DNA of 64,000 nt from an uncultured delta proteobacterium (GTDB lineage Bacteria > Myxococcota > Myxococcia > SLRQ01), in NCBI GenBank assembly GCA_963727485.1, contig CAVSGM010000002.1, positions 1,024,001 to 1,088,000 of the forward strand, in the 5' to 3' direction. Below, piece after piece: positions 11,301 through 19,576 of the stretch (position 1 is the stretch's first letter; each line of letters begins with the position of its first letter). Both the position numbers and the translations under genes were made by a program. The notes beneath the pieces were generated by a model. That model worked only from the letters and a program-made list of their open reading frames with translations. It was not told where the DNA came from and ran no database searches.

Positions 11301-12803
11301 GTCGGTCTTCTGCCCGTCACTGACGGTGAGCTGGAAGCTGAAGCTCGCCGGGGTGCTGGGCGCGGTGAAGGTGGGCTTGGCGGTGGTGGCGCCGGTGAGG
11401 GTCACCGCGGGGCCGGAGAGCTCCACCCAGGCGTAGGTCAGGGTGGTGCCCGGGTTGGGATCGTGGGAGCCCGAGCCGTCGAGGGTGACGGTGCTCTGGA
11501 CGAGGGCGGTGCCCGGGCCGGTGGCCACGGCGACCGGCGGCTCGTCGATGGTGTTGTTCTCGGTGACATCCACCAGCACCTGGTCGCTGGCCCCGGAGGG
11601 GTCGGTGACGGTGAGCTGGAAGACGAAGGGGGTGTCCTGGGTGACCGGGGGGGCGATGAAGGTGGGCTTGGCGGTGGTGGCGCCGGTGAGGGTCACCGTC
11701 GGCCCGAGCTTCTGGGTCCACTGGTAGGTGAGGCTGTCGCCGTTGCAATCGCTGGAGCCCGAGCCGTCGAGGGTGACGGTGCTCCCCTCGTCCACCGTCG
11801 CCGGCGCGGTGCCCGCGGCGGTGGGGGGGTCGTTGATGGTGTCCTGGAGGTCGATGGTGAAGGTCGCCGGGGGGCTCTGCTTGCCCCCGGCGGTGACCAC
11901 CAGGGACACGGTCGCCTGGGCGGCCCCGCAGATGCTGGGGGCGGTGAACCGGGCGTTGGCGCTGGTGGCGTTGGTGAGCTGGATCACCGGGTCGGTGCTC
12001 ACCATGGCCCAGGAGTAGCCGGTGATCGACTGGCCGTTGGGGTCGGACGAGGTGGTCCCGCTCAAGGTGGCCACGTTCCCCTCGCCCACCTGCGCCGGGC
12101 CGGTGATCCGGGCCACCGGGGGCACGTCGTTGACCGTGACCTTGGCCGAGGCGAGGTTGCTGGTCAGCCCGTGGCCGTCGGTGACCTGGAGGGAGAAGAA
12201 GTAGTCGCCGGCGGGCCCTGGCGCCACGAAGGTGGGCTTCGCCGCCGTGGGGTCGGAGAGGGTGATGGCCGGCGCCCCGGGCGGGGCGTTGGTCACCGAC
12301 CAGGCGTAGGTGAGGGGGCTGCCGCTGGGATCGACGGAGCCGCTGCCGTCGAGGGTGACGGTGGTGCCCGGATCGACCGTCTGGGGATCGCCCACCTTGG
12401 CGATGGGGGGCAGGGGGTGCTCGAAGGTGGAGACGTTCACGTAGGCGGGGTCGCTCGCCTGGCCGCCGGCGCTGACCACCAGCGAGACCACGTAGAGGCC
12501 CGAGACGTCGGGGGTGAGCTGGGCCGCCGACGCGGTCTTGCCCTGGAGGTGGGCGGTGGCCTGGGCCGGCGCGCTCACCAGGGTCCACTGATAGGTGAGC
12601 TTCGCCTGGAGCTGGCCGGGGACGTGGCTCCCGGAGCCGTCGAGGGTGGCGAGCTGGCCGACGTTGACCACCCGGTCCCCGCCAACGACGGCGACCGGGC
12701 GCACCGGGGCGGCGACGTCGGCCTCGCAGCCGGCCATCCCCGCCAGGGCGCAGACGGCGCCGAGCATCACCATGGAACTGCGCAGCAAGCGGCCGGTGGG
12801 CAT
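8400..12803 (-). CDS. Large surface lipoprotein: ~5 PKD/REJ-like Ig repeats, ~4 invasin/Big_1-like repeats, C-terminal putative beta-propeller
   Basis: MAGC lipobox; repeats TLDGSGS..LTY.W..ATTAKPTF.AP..F.LTV.D; repeats S(I/L/V).ADG.S..TV; Thr-rich; strong RBS GAGGAGG. Confidence 0.8.
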   Translation of the reverse strand: MPTGRLLRSSMVMLGAVCALAGMAGCEADVAAPVRPVAVVGGDRVVNVGQLATLDGSGSHVPGQLQAKLTYQWTLVSAPAQATAHLQGKTASAAQLTPDVSGLYVVSLVVSAGGQASDPAYVNVSTFEHPLPPIAKVGDPQTVDPGTTVTLDGSGSVDPSGSPLTYAWSVTNAPPGAPAITLSDPTAAKPTFVAPGPAGDYFFSLQVTDGHGLTSNLASAKVTVNDVPPVARITGPAQVGEGNVATLSGTTSSDPNGQSITGYSWAMVSTDPVIQLTNATSANARFTAPSICGAAQATVSLVVTAGGKQSPPATFTIDLQDTINDPPTAAGTAPATVDEGSTVTLDGSGSSDCNGDSLTYQWTQKLGPTVTLTGATTAKPTFIAPPVTQDTPFVFQLTVTDPSGASDQVLVDVTENNTIDEPPVAVATGPGTALVQSTVTLDGSGSHDPNPGTTLTYAWVELSGPAVTLTGATTAKPTFTAPSTPASFSFQLTVSDGQKTDVATVPVSVVAGPPSTTQSTIVASKASIPADGSTHDGITVTLKDAAGNLLSGHTVVISTTLGSMIGSVSGTAGGKYTQSLQAGITAGTATVSFTVDGSAPFPNTASVQLDPGPPSGTISLAASPTSLPAGCGASSTVSTAVPIKDQNNNKVADGTEVTVSTDLGTIPAAQDQDAGRPGIQVRTTGGNISFTLTAAGSAGTAHVTATSVTGTATGTTTVNMATPEPAAPVTLTASPSSLTADGSSQTTVTSGTILDTCGNQVAPNTEITVAASGGTIATSVDTDGGVSGIQVKVDAQGKISFPVTAGTIAGTMTVVADNLPGTQLGTVVVSLNPGPATGTISLTAAPGSVSADGSSTTHVTSGVITDAQGNAIADGTSVTVSASPGCQVTTPQTTTGGQLAFDVGPCTTAGTASVQASVAGASGSTTFTVTPGPPAALAFDVQPANTFVKGRITPAVKVSVRDAHGNLVTTSTASINVALGPGAGGAILSGTVPANASGGVATFSDLTVDTAGTYTLVASSSGLPNTTSSSFTVSSCTVSASLAAIGPVAGSSHVLPWDTVRLSPAGTTSCNRQLSVSYTVSPAPARGGFEPWGSFAGSVNQTGPPTAVHFYSDDPQTYTFTLTITDPTVSQTYTATASVTVEAFAALPYRNTTSAAKSRGLALDPGNGNVLIATQGGGGQMFHHGGDTQQLPCLNKSNGRAPFFDGSHFWLAYDDGPEVDQITAYWEGAAFDHCNLGDTGSPTAATGTSPSKTRDAVVVGSSIYLATDADLFALDPGNDSFTEYEIGSLTPDHDLSAVALDTTSQLWVASHDSSPDGVVRTPVPPAVNGNTVYSYLSGDDKVRSAVGFTGASGADEMLLGTDGNGFILIADVGNPASGVQHTFSSNAPKHVRGGASDPAAADAWFATQGGLIRYKSDVDDFVLIPQNEAGLGSIGGDSHAVVLDEGNGRGRILYYATENGVYSVTAP

Positions 12804-12849
12804 GTCGATACACCCCTCCTCGCTCCCCGGAATCGGGGAGGCTGCCCTG

Positions 12850-12879
12850 ATTCTAGAGAGGCGGAGGCTGCGGAATCAA
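12850..12879 (-). promoter_or_regulatory. Putative sigma70 promoter of the large Ig lipoprotein
   Basis: Minus strand TTGATT-18 nt-TAGAAT; a 7-bp hairpin CTCCCCG/CGGGGAG at 12823-12840 lies just before the RBS. Confidence 0.55.
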
Positions 12880-13322
12880 ATCGGTCGGCCGGCCGCGCCC
12901 CCCCGGAGCCGATCTGAGGGCACCTCGCCGCGGTCGAGGGCCTCGAGGAGGAGGTCTCGGGCCTCGGTGAGCTGCTGGGCCAGGCGGGTGGCGTCGGCGA
13001 GGCGCGCCGGGTCCCGGGCGAAGTTGTCCGGGTGGTAGCGGCGCATCAGCCGGCGGTGGGCATGCCGGACCGCGTCGGGGCCGGCGCCGTAGTCGAGCTC
13101 CAGGGCCCGGTAGGCCCGCTGCAGCCGCTCGGACCGGACCGACCGCGGGGTCCGGGGCGCCCAGCGGTCGCCGGGATCCCCCTCGGGCCCGGGGCCGGCG
13201 GATCCCGGGTCGGGCCCGGCCCCCCGGCGCCAGGGATCCGGTGCCGGGCCCGGCGCCTCGCCCCGGAGGTAGTGGAGGGCGTTGGCCCGGAGCAGATCGT
13301 AGAGGCGCCGGCCGATGCTCAT
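12876..13322 (-). CDS. Small protein with a C-terminal J-domain (DnaJ-like co-chaperone)
   Basis: AYRALEL...AVRHAHRRLMRRYHPD...QQLTEARDLL; HPD motif intact. Confidence 0.85.
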   Translation of the reverse strand: MSIGRRLYDLLRANALHYLRGEAPGPAPDPWRRGAGPDPGSAGPGPEGDPGDRWAPRTPRSVRSERLQRAYRALELDYGAGPDAVRHAHRRLMRRYHPDNFARDPARLADATRLAQQLTEARDLLLEALDRGEVPSDRLRGGAAGRPI

Positions 13323-13334
13323 CGCCCGGTGAGC

Positions 13335-14906
13335 CTAACCCGGATAGAGGCGCTGGGCGAGGCGGGCCACCAGGGCGGCCAGCGCCTCCTGCCCGGGCCC
13401 CGAGAGGCGCACCCCGACCCCGGCCCGCCCGGGGTGCTTGGGATCGGCGTCGACCCGGCGCACCACCTCGCCCAGGACCTGGACCGGCTCGGCGCTCCAC
13501 CCCAGGAGCACCTCGATGGACAGCCGGGTGCCCACGGGAAGCGGCGGCTGGAGGTGGATGAACATCCCTCCGGCGGAGACGTCGCGGAGGTGGCTGTAGA
13601 TGAGCCCGGCCTCGGCGCTGGCGTCGGGGCTCTGGAACCGGACCTCGAGGGTGGCCTCGACCCTGCGACTGGCCCGGCGGTCGAGGTCGTCCACGGCGTC
13701 GGCCTCCACCAGGGGCAGGTCCTCGTCCTCGGGCCCCGCCGGGCGGAAGACCACCTGGGGCTGGGCGGGCTCCACCGGCAGGACCTCGACCTCGAGCTCC
13801 GACTCGCTGGTGAAGAGGTCCGAGAGGTCGACCTCCTCGGGCTCGAGGGGCACCCCCTCGTCGGGGACCTCGGGGCTCCTGCGGGCGTCGGCCTCGAGGG
13901 TCGCGAGGAAGTCCACCGGCTGGGTGCCCTCCCGGGTCGCCGCCCGGTAGAGGGTCGCCAGGAGGTGGAGGTAGAGGCGCCGGCGCCTTGCCCGGGCCAC
14001 CGCCCGCTGCATCCGGCTCCGGAGCACCTCCACGCCCTCGAAGGGGCGCAGGACGTAGTCGGCGGCGCCCATGGCCACCGCGCCCAGGGCGATCTCGGTG
14101 TCGGCGGCGCCGCTGGTGACCACCACCTCCAGGAGGGGATTGGCGGCGCGGAGATCGCGGACCAGGGAGAGGCTGGCGGAGATGTCCACGCTCACCAGCG
14201 CGGTGAGGGGGCCGTCGGGGCGGGCGAGCCAGGCCCGGGCGGCGTCGAGGCCGGCGACCACCTCGGTGTTGAGGCGCGCCGCCTCGAGGGTCCGGCGGAC
14301 CACCTCGGCCACCGCCGGGACCTCCTCCACCACCAGCACCGCGGGGCGACGGCCCAGGCCCCGCTTGAAGGCGAAGAGCTGGCGGCCGACCTCGGCGACC
14401 GTGTGGCGGTCGGTCTTGTCGCCGCCGAGGGCCGCGGCGAGGTCCCGCACCATCCGGCCGTTGAGGCGATCGGCGAGGCGACGGTCGATGACCGACTCCA
14501 CCCGGGCGAGGACGTGGGTCACCTCGTCGAAGGGCTTGGAGAGGTAGTCCACCGCCCCGGCGGTGAGGGCGTCGACCACCGTCGCCGCCGAGGGGTAGCC
14601 GGTGATCACCAGGCAGGGGATCCGGCGGCCGGCGTCGGTGAGCTCGGAGACCAGGTCCAGGCCCGAGCCGTCGGGGAGGTTCTTGTCCACCACCACCAGG
14701 TCGTAGGGCCCGGCGAGGGCAGCCCGGGCGGCGGCGAGGCTCTCGGCCTGGTCCACCGCGTAGCCGGCGGCCCCCAGAAGCTCCACCAGCACCAGGCGGA
14801 CCGGCGCCTCGTCGTCGACCACCAGGATCCGCACCGCGGCGCGGGCGGCCTCTTGGAACCGCTCCCAGGCGGGGGCGAGGCGGTCGAGGAGCATCGCCGG
14901 GATCAT
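13335..14906 (-). CDS. Receiver-(pseudo)receiver-PilZ signalling protein
   Basis: REC1 ILVVDDE/VVDKNLPDGSG/YLSKPF; degenerate REC2; PilZ motifs RRASRR and DVSAGG. Start chosen after GGAGG. Confidence 0.85.
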   Translation of the reverse strand: MIPAMLLDRLAPAWERFQEAARAAVRILVVDDEAPVRLVLVELLGAAGYAVDQAESLAAARAALAGPYDLVVVDKNLPDGSGLDLVSELTDAGRRIPCLVITGYPSAATVVDALTAGAVDYLSKPFDEVTHVLARVESVIDRRLADRLNGRMVRDLAAALGGDKTDRHTVAEVGRQLFAFKRGLGRRPAVLVVEEVPAVAEVVRRTLEAARLNTEVVAGLDAARAWLARPDGPLTALVSVDISASLSLVRDLRAANPLLEVVVTSGAADTEIALGAVAMGAADYVLRPFEGVEVLRSRMQRAVARARRRRLYLHLLATLYRAATREGTQPVDFLATLEADARRSPEVPDEGVPLEPEEVDLSDLFTSESELEVEVLPVEPAQPQVVFRPAGPEDEDLPLVEADAVDDLDRRASRRVEATLEVRFQSPDASAEAGLIYSHLRDVSAGGMFIHLQPPLPVGTRLSIEVLLGWSAEPVQVLGEVVRRVDADPKHPGRAGVGVRLSGPGQEALAALVARLAQRLYPG

Positions 14907-14938
14907 CGCCTCCGGCGCGCCATGGTACAAGGGGCGCC

Positions 14939-15685
14939 ATGCTCGACGCCCCCCTGTCAGTGGTCATCCCGGCCTATGACGAAGCTGCGCGGATCGGCCG
15001 GACCCTCGACCGGGTTCGGGCCCACCTGGCCGAGCACCACCCGGGATCGGAGGTCCTGGTGGTCGACGACGGGTCCGCCGACGAGACGGCCGCCCGGGTC
15101 GAGGACGCCGCCCGGGCCGGATCCGCCGCCGCCGGGGGGGACCCCGCCATCCGGTGCCTGCGCCAGCCGTCGAATCGGGGCAAGGGCGCCGCGGTGCGCG
15201 CCGGGGTCCTGGCGGCGACCCGCCCCTACGTCCTGATGAGCGACGCCGACCTCTCCACCCCCATCGAGGAGGTCAGCCGGCTCCTGGCGGCGGTGGCGGG
15301 CGGGGCCGACGTGGCCATCGGCTCCCGGGCCCTCCCCGGGTCGCGGATCGAGATCTCCCAGCCCCTGCACCGGGTGGTGATGGGCAAGAGCTTCAACAAG
15401 CTGATGCGCTCGGTCACCTTCCTCGGGGTCATCGACAGCCAGTGCGGCTTCAAGCTCTTCCCCCTGGAGGTGGCCCACCGCCTCTTCGCCCCCGCCCGGA
15501 TCGACGGCTTCGCCTTCGACGTCGAGGTGCTGTGGCTGGCGCGACGCGCGGGGATGCGCATCGCCGAGGTGCCGGTGCGGTGGGTCAACGACCCGCGGAG
15601 CACGGTGCAGCCGGTGAGGCACAGCGCCCAGATGCTCCGGGACGTCCTGCGCATCCGGTGGATTCATGCCGGTCGGCGGGTGTAG
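14939..15685 (+). CDS. GT2 polyprenol/dolichyl-phosphate glycosyltransferase (DPG-synthase-like)
   Basis: SVVIPAYDE, VVDDGSAD, NRGKGAAVRAG, DADLST, DSQCGFKLF, FAFDVEVL. Confidence 0.9.
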   Translation: MLDAPLSVVIPAYDEAARIGRTLDRVRAHLAEHHPGSEVLVVDDGSADETAARVEDAARAGSAAAGGDPAIRCLRQPSNRGKGAAVRAGVLAATRPYVLMSDADLSTPIEEVSRLLAAVAGGADVAIGSRALPGSRIEISQPLHRVVMGKSFNKLMRSVTFLGVIDSQCGFKLFPLEVAHRLFAPARIDGFAFDVEVLWLARRAGMRIAEVPVRWVNDPRSTVQPVRHSAQMLRDVLRIRWIHAGRRV

Positions 15686-15698
15686 GCTCGCCTCTCCG

Positions 15699-17171
15699 AT
15701 GGCCGGTGGCATCTTCGACGCCGAGGACGAGATCTCGACCAACGCCGGAACCCGTCCCGGTGACATGGACTCGGACCTCGCCCCCGAGTTCACGGCGAAC
15801 AAGACGCTGATCGTGGAGACCCGCACCACCCTGCGGGTCCGCAAGGTGCGCCTCTCGGTGGTCTCCGGTCCCGATGACGGCCGGGAGCTGGTCACCGAGA
15901 AGGAGCGCATCCGCATCGGCTCCCACCCCACCAGCGACCTGCTGCTCAAGGACCGCACCGTCAGCCGCCACCACGCCGAGGTGCAGTACACCGAGCGCGG
16001 CTACCTGCTGGTCGACCTCGAGTCCACCAACGGGACCCTCCTCGACGGCAAGCGGGTCGAGCGCGCCTACCTCGCCCCGGGCTCCAGCCTCAAGATCGGG
16101 AGCACGGTGATCACCTTCAACGCCGTGGACGAGGAGATTGCCGTCGAGGCCGACCGCGCCGGCGAGCTGCTGGAGATGGTGGGCAAGAGCATGCGGATGC
16201 GCCAGATCTTCGGCCTCATCCGCAAGATCGCCCCCATGGACGTGACGGTGATGATCACCGGCGAGACCGGGACCGGCAAGGAGCTCGCCGCCCGGGCGGT
16301 CCATGAGCTCTCGGCGAGGCGCGACGGGCCCTTCGTGGTCCTCGACTGCGGCGCCATCCCCCCGAACCTCATCGAGTCCGAGCTCTTCGGTCACGAGAAG
16401 GGGGCGTTCACCGGCGCCGACCGCGCGCGCCCCGGGGCCTTCGAGCGCGCCAACGGTGGCACCATCTTCCTCGACGAGCTCGGGGAGCTGCGCCTCGACC
16501 TCCAGCCCCGGCTGCTCCGGGTGCTCGAGCAGCGCGAGGTGAGGCGGGTGGGCGCCGACGACGTCCGCGACATCGACGTCCGGGTGGTCGCCGCCACCAA
16601 CCGGGATCTCCAGAAGGAGATCCAGGCGGGGAACTTCCGCGAGGACCTCTTCTTCCGCCTCTCGGTGATCCACATCGGCCTGCCCCCCCTGCGTCAGCGC
16701 CGGGACGACATCCCGGCGATCATCCGGCGCATCCTCCGGGACCCGGAGATCACCGCCCGCCACGGGCAGCGGAGCTTCACCGAGCCGGCGATGTCCCGGC
16801 TCATCACCTACGACTGGCCGGGGAACATCCGGGAGCTGGTGAACCTGGTGCACATGGTGCTCACCCTCGCCGAGCGCGACGAGATCGGGCTCGCCGACCT
16901 CCCCGAGCGGTTGCGGGAGCGCCCCACCCCCGGGGTCCCGGCGCCGGGTGGGCCCGACGACGAGAGCGGCGAGTTCGATCCCTCGCGCTCGTTCAAGGAG
17001 GCGAAGGAGAGCCTCATCGAGGCCTTCGAGCGCGACTACGTCGTCGGCCTCCTCCGGCACTGCGACGGCAACATCAGCGAGGCCGCCCGTCAGAGCGGCC
17101 TCCACCGCAAGAGCATCGAGCGGTTGGTCAAGAAGTACGAGCTCGACGCCCGGGCCCTGGGCAAGGCCTAG
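15699..17171 (+). CDS. FHA-domain sigma54-dependent enhancer-binding protein
   Basis: FHA ([22 protein letters not shown]); AAA+ with [23 protein letters not shown] and WPGNIREL; Fis-type HTH (GNISEAAR). Confidence 0.93.
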   Translation: MAGGIFDAEDEISTNAGTRPGDMDSDLAPEFTANKTLIVETRTTLRVRKVRLSVVSGPDDGRELVTEKERIRIGSHPTSDLLLKDRTVSRHHAEVQYTERGYLLVDLESTNGTLLDGKRVERAYLAPGSSLKIGSTVITFNAVDEEIAVEADRAGELLEMVGKSMRMRQIFGLIRKIAPMDVTVMITGETGTGKELAARAVHELSARRDGPFVVLDCGAIPPNLIESELFGHEKGAFTGADRARPGAFERANGGTIFLDELGELRLDLQPRLLRVLEQREVRRVGADDVRDIDVRVVAATNRDLQKEIQAGNFREDLFFRLSVIHIGLPPLRQRRDDIPAIIRRILRDPEITARHGQRSFTEPAMSRLITYDWPGNIRELVNLVHMVLTLAERDEIGLADLPERLRERPTPGVPAPGGPDDESGEFDPSRSFKEAKESLIEAFERDYVVGLLRHCDGNISEAARQSGLHRKSIERLVKKYELDARALGKA

Positions 17172-17185
17172 GGCCCGGCGCCGCG

Positions 17186-17811
17186 CTAGCCCTCGGTCGA
17201 AGCCGGGGCGGTGCCGGCGGCCTTGGGGGCCTGGGTGGTCCGGGCCTTGCGCCCCGCGGTCTTCCGGGCCTGCTTGCGCGTGGTCTTGCGCGCCGCCTTC
17301 CGGGCGGTCCCCTTCTTGGCGGTGCGCTTCTTCGCCGCCTTCTTCCGCGGGGTCCGGGTGGCCTTGGCCGCCTTGGGGCCGCCTTGGGGGCCTTCCCGGT
17401 CTGGGCAGAGGCGCCCATGAGACCCGGCTTGCCCTGACGGACGAGGCGGCGGTGCTGCTGGTAGTGGGCGCTGCACAGGCCCCGGGTCTTGGCGGTGCGC
17501 TTGCAGCCGGGGACGGTGCAGGGGCCGACGTTCACCTTGGGCCGGCCCACCCGCCGGGCGCCGCCGCGGCTGGCGGCGCGGGTGGCGGTCTTGCGGCGGG
17601 CGGTCGGGGCCCGGCGGCCGCGGCCCCCGCCACCGACCTGGGTGGGACCCGGCGCCGGGGCGATGTTGATCTCGAGCTTCATCGGCTCGGCGCGGTAGAT
17701 CTCGAACTTCTCGCCCCGCACCATCCGGGCCGTGGCTTCTGCCTGGATTCGGCCTGCGGGAATGAGGGTCGCACGCTGCTTGGCGTCGACCAGGATGAAG
17801 GTAGTAGCCAT
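17186..17811 (-). CDS. Basic histone-H1-like protein with a C-x4-C-x9-C-x2-H zinc finger (frameshift near 17377)
   Basis: RBS GGAGAAAAC-ATG; CTVPGCKRTAKTRGLCSAHY. A missing C in a repeated GCCCCCAAGGCG unit separates it from the K/A/R/T-rich tail KAAKATRTPRKKAAKKRTAKK. Confidence 0.75.
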
Positions 17812-17855
17812 GTTTTCTCCATGCCCCCATGGGAAGTGTGAGTGAATCTCACGGG

Positions 17856-17884
17856 AGCATAGTGCAGTGATTCGCGATTGAAAA
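17856..17884 (-). promoter_or_regulatory. Putative sigma70 promoter in an AT-rich patch with palindromes
   Basis: Minus strand TTTTCA-17 nt-TATGCT; inverted repeats at 17838-17852 and 17879-17891. Confidence 0.55.
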
Positions 17885-18013
17885 GCTTTCACGGGGAAAT
17901 TCACCAGCGATTCCCTATCGCTGCCCCGGCCCGCCCGCGACCCGGCCACGCCCCCCGAGACGCCCGCCGGCGGCTTCCTTCGCCGGCCCGGATTCTGGTA
18001 CCCAGGAGACACC

Positions 18014-18626
18014 ATGGCGGGGCCCTCCAAGACGACGCTGGACCGTCTCATCGCCCAGCGGCTGGCACCGGGCGCCGACCGGGAGACCATCGACGCCGGG
18101 ATCCGGGCGCGCTTCGAGGAGACCTGGGCGGTGGCGTTCACCGACCTGGTGGGCTTCTCCCGGCGCACCAAGCAGTTCGGGATCATCCACTTCCTCTCGG
18201 TGATTCACCGCAAGGGCGCGCTCCTCAAGCCGGTGGTCGAGTCCCACGCCGGCCTGCTGCTCAAGGAGGAGGCCGACTCCTGGCTGATCCTGTTCCGGGA
18301 TCCGGTGGTGGCCCTGGAGGCGATGATCGCCGCCCAGCACACCTGCGAGGCCTTCAACCTGGGGCAGCCCGAGGAGGACCAGGTGCAGCTCTGCGTGGGG
18401 CTGGGCTACGGGCCCCTGCTCAAGATCGGCGACGAGGACGTCTGGGGCTCGGAGGTGAACTTCGCCAGCAAGCTCGGCGAGGACATCGCCCGCCGCGGCG
18501 AGATCCTGCTCACCGACGCCTTCGCCGACGCCGTCGCCGGCCAGGTGGAAGGCGTACGCTTCGAGCGGGGAAGCGACAACGCCGGAAGCCTCGATTCTCC
18601 AATTTCACCGCACCCTCTATCCCTGA
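18014..18626 (+). CDS. Stand-alone class III nucleotide (adenylate) cyclase
   Basis: AFTDLVGFS, LLKEEADS, LCVGLGYG, DVWGSEVNFASKL. The likely true end is FHRTLYP*(TGA 18624-18626) in a shifted frame, so the fusion with the next gene in the ORF track is probably an artefact. Confidence 0.8.
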
Positions 18627-18664
18627 CACGCCGGGGGCGCCGGCCGGTTCCCACAGGAGGCACG

Positions 18665-19063
18665 ATGTTCATCGGACTGCTCAACGAGTCACAGCAGGAA
18701 GCCCTCTGCCGCATCGTCCAGTTCCTCTCCCGGGTCGACGGCGAGGAGGCCGCCTCGGAGGCCGTGCTCACCGCGGCGCTCCTCGAGGAGTCGGGCCTGG
18801 AGAAGGTCCCCCCGCCGGCCAAGGACGGCGACGAGGTCGAGGCCCTGCTCCCCCGCTTCGACACCGCCCAGACGAAGCACGTGCTCCTGATCGAGGCCTG
18901 GGGCGTGGCCCTCGCCGACCAGCGGATCACCCACGAGGAGATGCTCGCCCTCGACCTGCTGGCCCAGGGCCTCGAGGTCGACGCCGCGTGGATGGAGCGA
19001 GCCCGGGACTGGGTGCAGCGCAGCCTCGAGCTCCAGCGCGAGGGCCAGGCGCTGCTGGCGTAG
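18665..19063 (+). CDS. TerB-like (tellurite resistance B fold) protein
   Basis: Own RBS AGGAGG; two TerB-type motifs, SRVDGEEAASE and ALADQRITHEE; 132 aa, helical. Confidence 0.7.
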   Translation: MFIGLLNESQQEALCRIVQFLSRVDGEEAASEAVLTAALLEESGLEKVPPPAKDGDEVEALLPRFDTAQTKHVLLIEAWGVALADQRITHEEMLALDLLAQGLEVDAAWMERARDWVQRSLELQREGQALLA

Positions 19064-19209
19064 GGGCGGGCTCCCCGCCGGGCGCTTTGACGGGACGCGG
19101 CCCACCCCGCCCGGGATGCCTCCCCGGGTCGTGGTCCTCACCGCCATCCCCAGCCGCGCGACCCCTCCCCGGCCCCGGGCCGTCACGACCCCTACGGCAA
19201 CCCGGCAGG

Positions 19210-19549
19210 GTTCGTGGCAGACCCGGCCTCGATCAACGACTACGCGCACGGCCGGGAGCACGACGCCGGCCCACCCGCTCGGCCGAACCGTCTACAGCCT
19301 CCACGTCTACGACGACATTCTCGGGAGCGACCAGACCACGTGTGCCTCCGGGCGGAACGCCAAGGAACGAGCACCGCCCCACGGGTCTACAAGGTCTACC
19401 TCATGGCCAAGGACGCGTCGGGAAACGAGTCCGATCCGACGACCACGGTCGAGGTCCGCCACGATCAGCGGGACCCGAGCAAGCGCCACATGCTCCCCTC
19501 CGTCGAGGTGGCCCACGACGGAGACCCGAGATGCACGGCAACGCCTTGA
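19210..19549 (+). pseudogene. Degenerate 3' fragment of a secreted-protein C-terminal Ig-like module
   Basis: CLRAERQGTSTAPRVYKVYLMAKDASGNESDPTTTVEVRHDQ matches the LRAER.G....RVY.....D.SGN....V.V.HD pattern found at the ends of large extracellular proteins; upstream frames are broken and no convincing start is present. Confidence 0.55.
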
Positions 19550-19576
19550 GCCCCCTGCCGACGGCAGCCGGCGCGC

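Noticed and set aside
4579..12917. Very long plus-strand ORFs (1287 aa, 1511 aa) and similar antisense ORFs elsewhere (21762-25202, most of 25255-28764)
   Set aside because: They are shadow frames of real genes in high-GC DNA, with no recognisable motifs.
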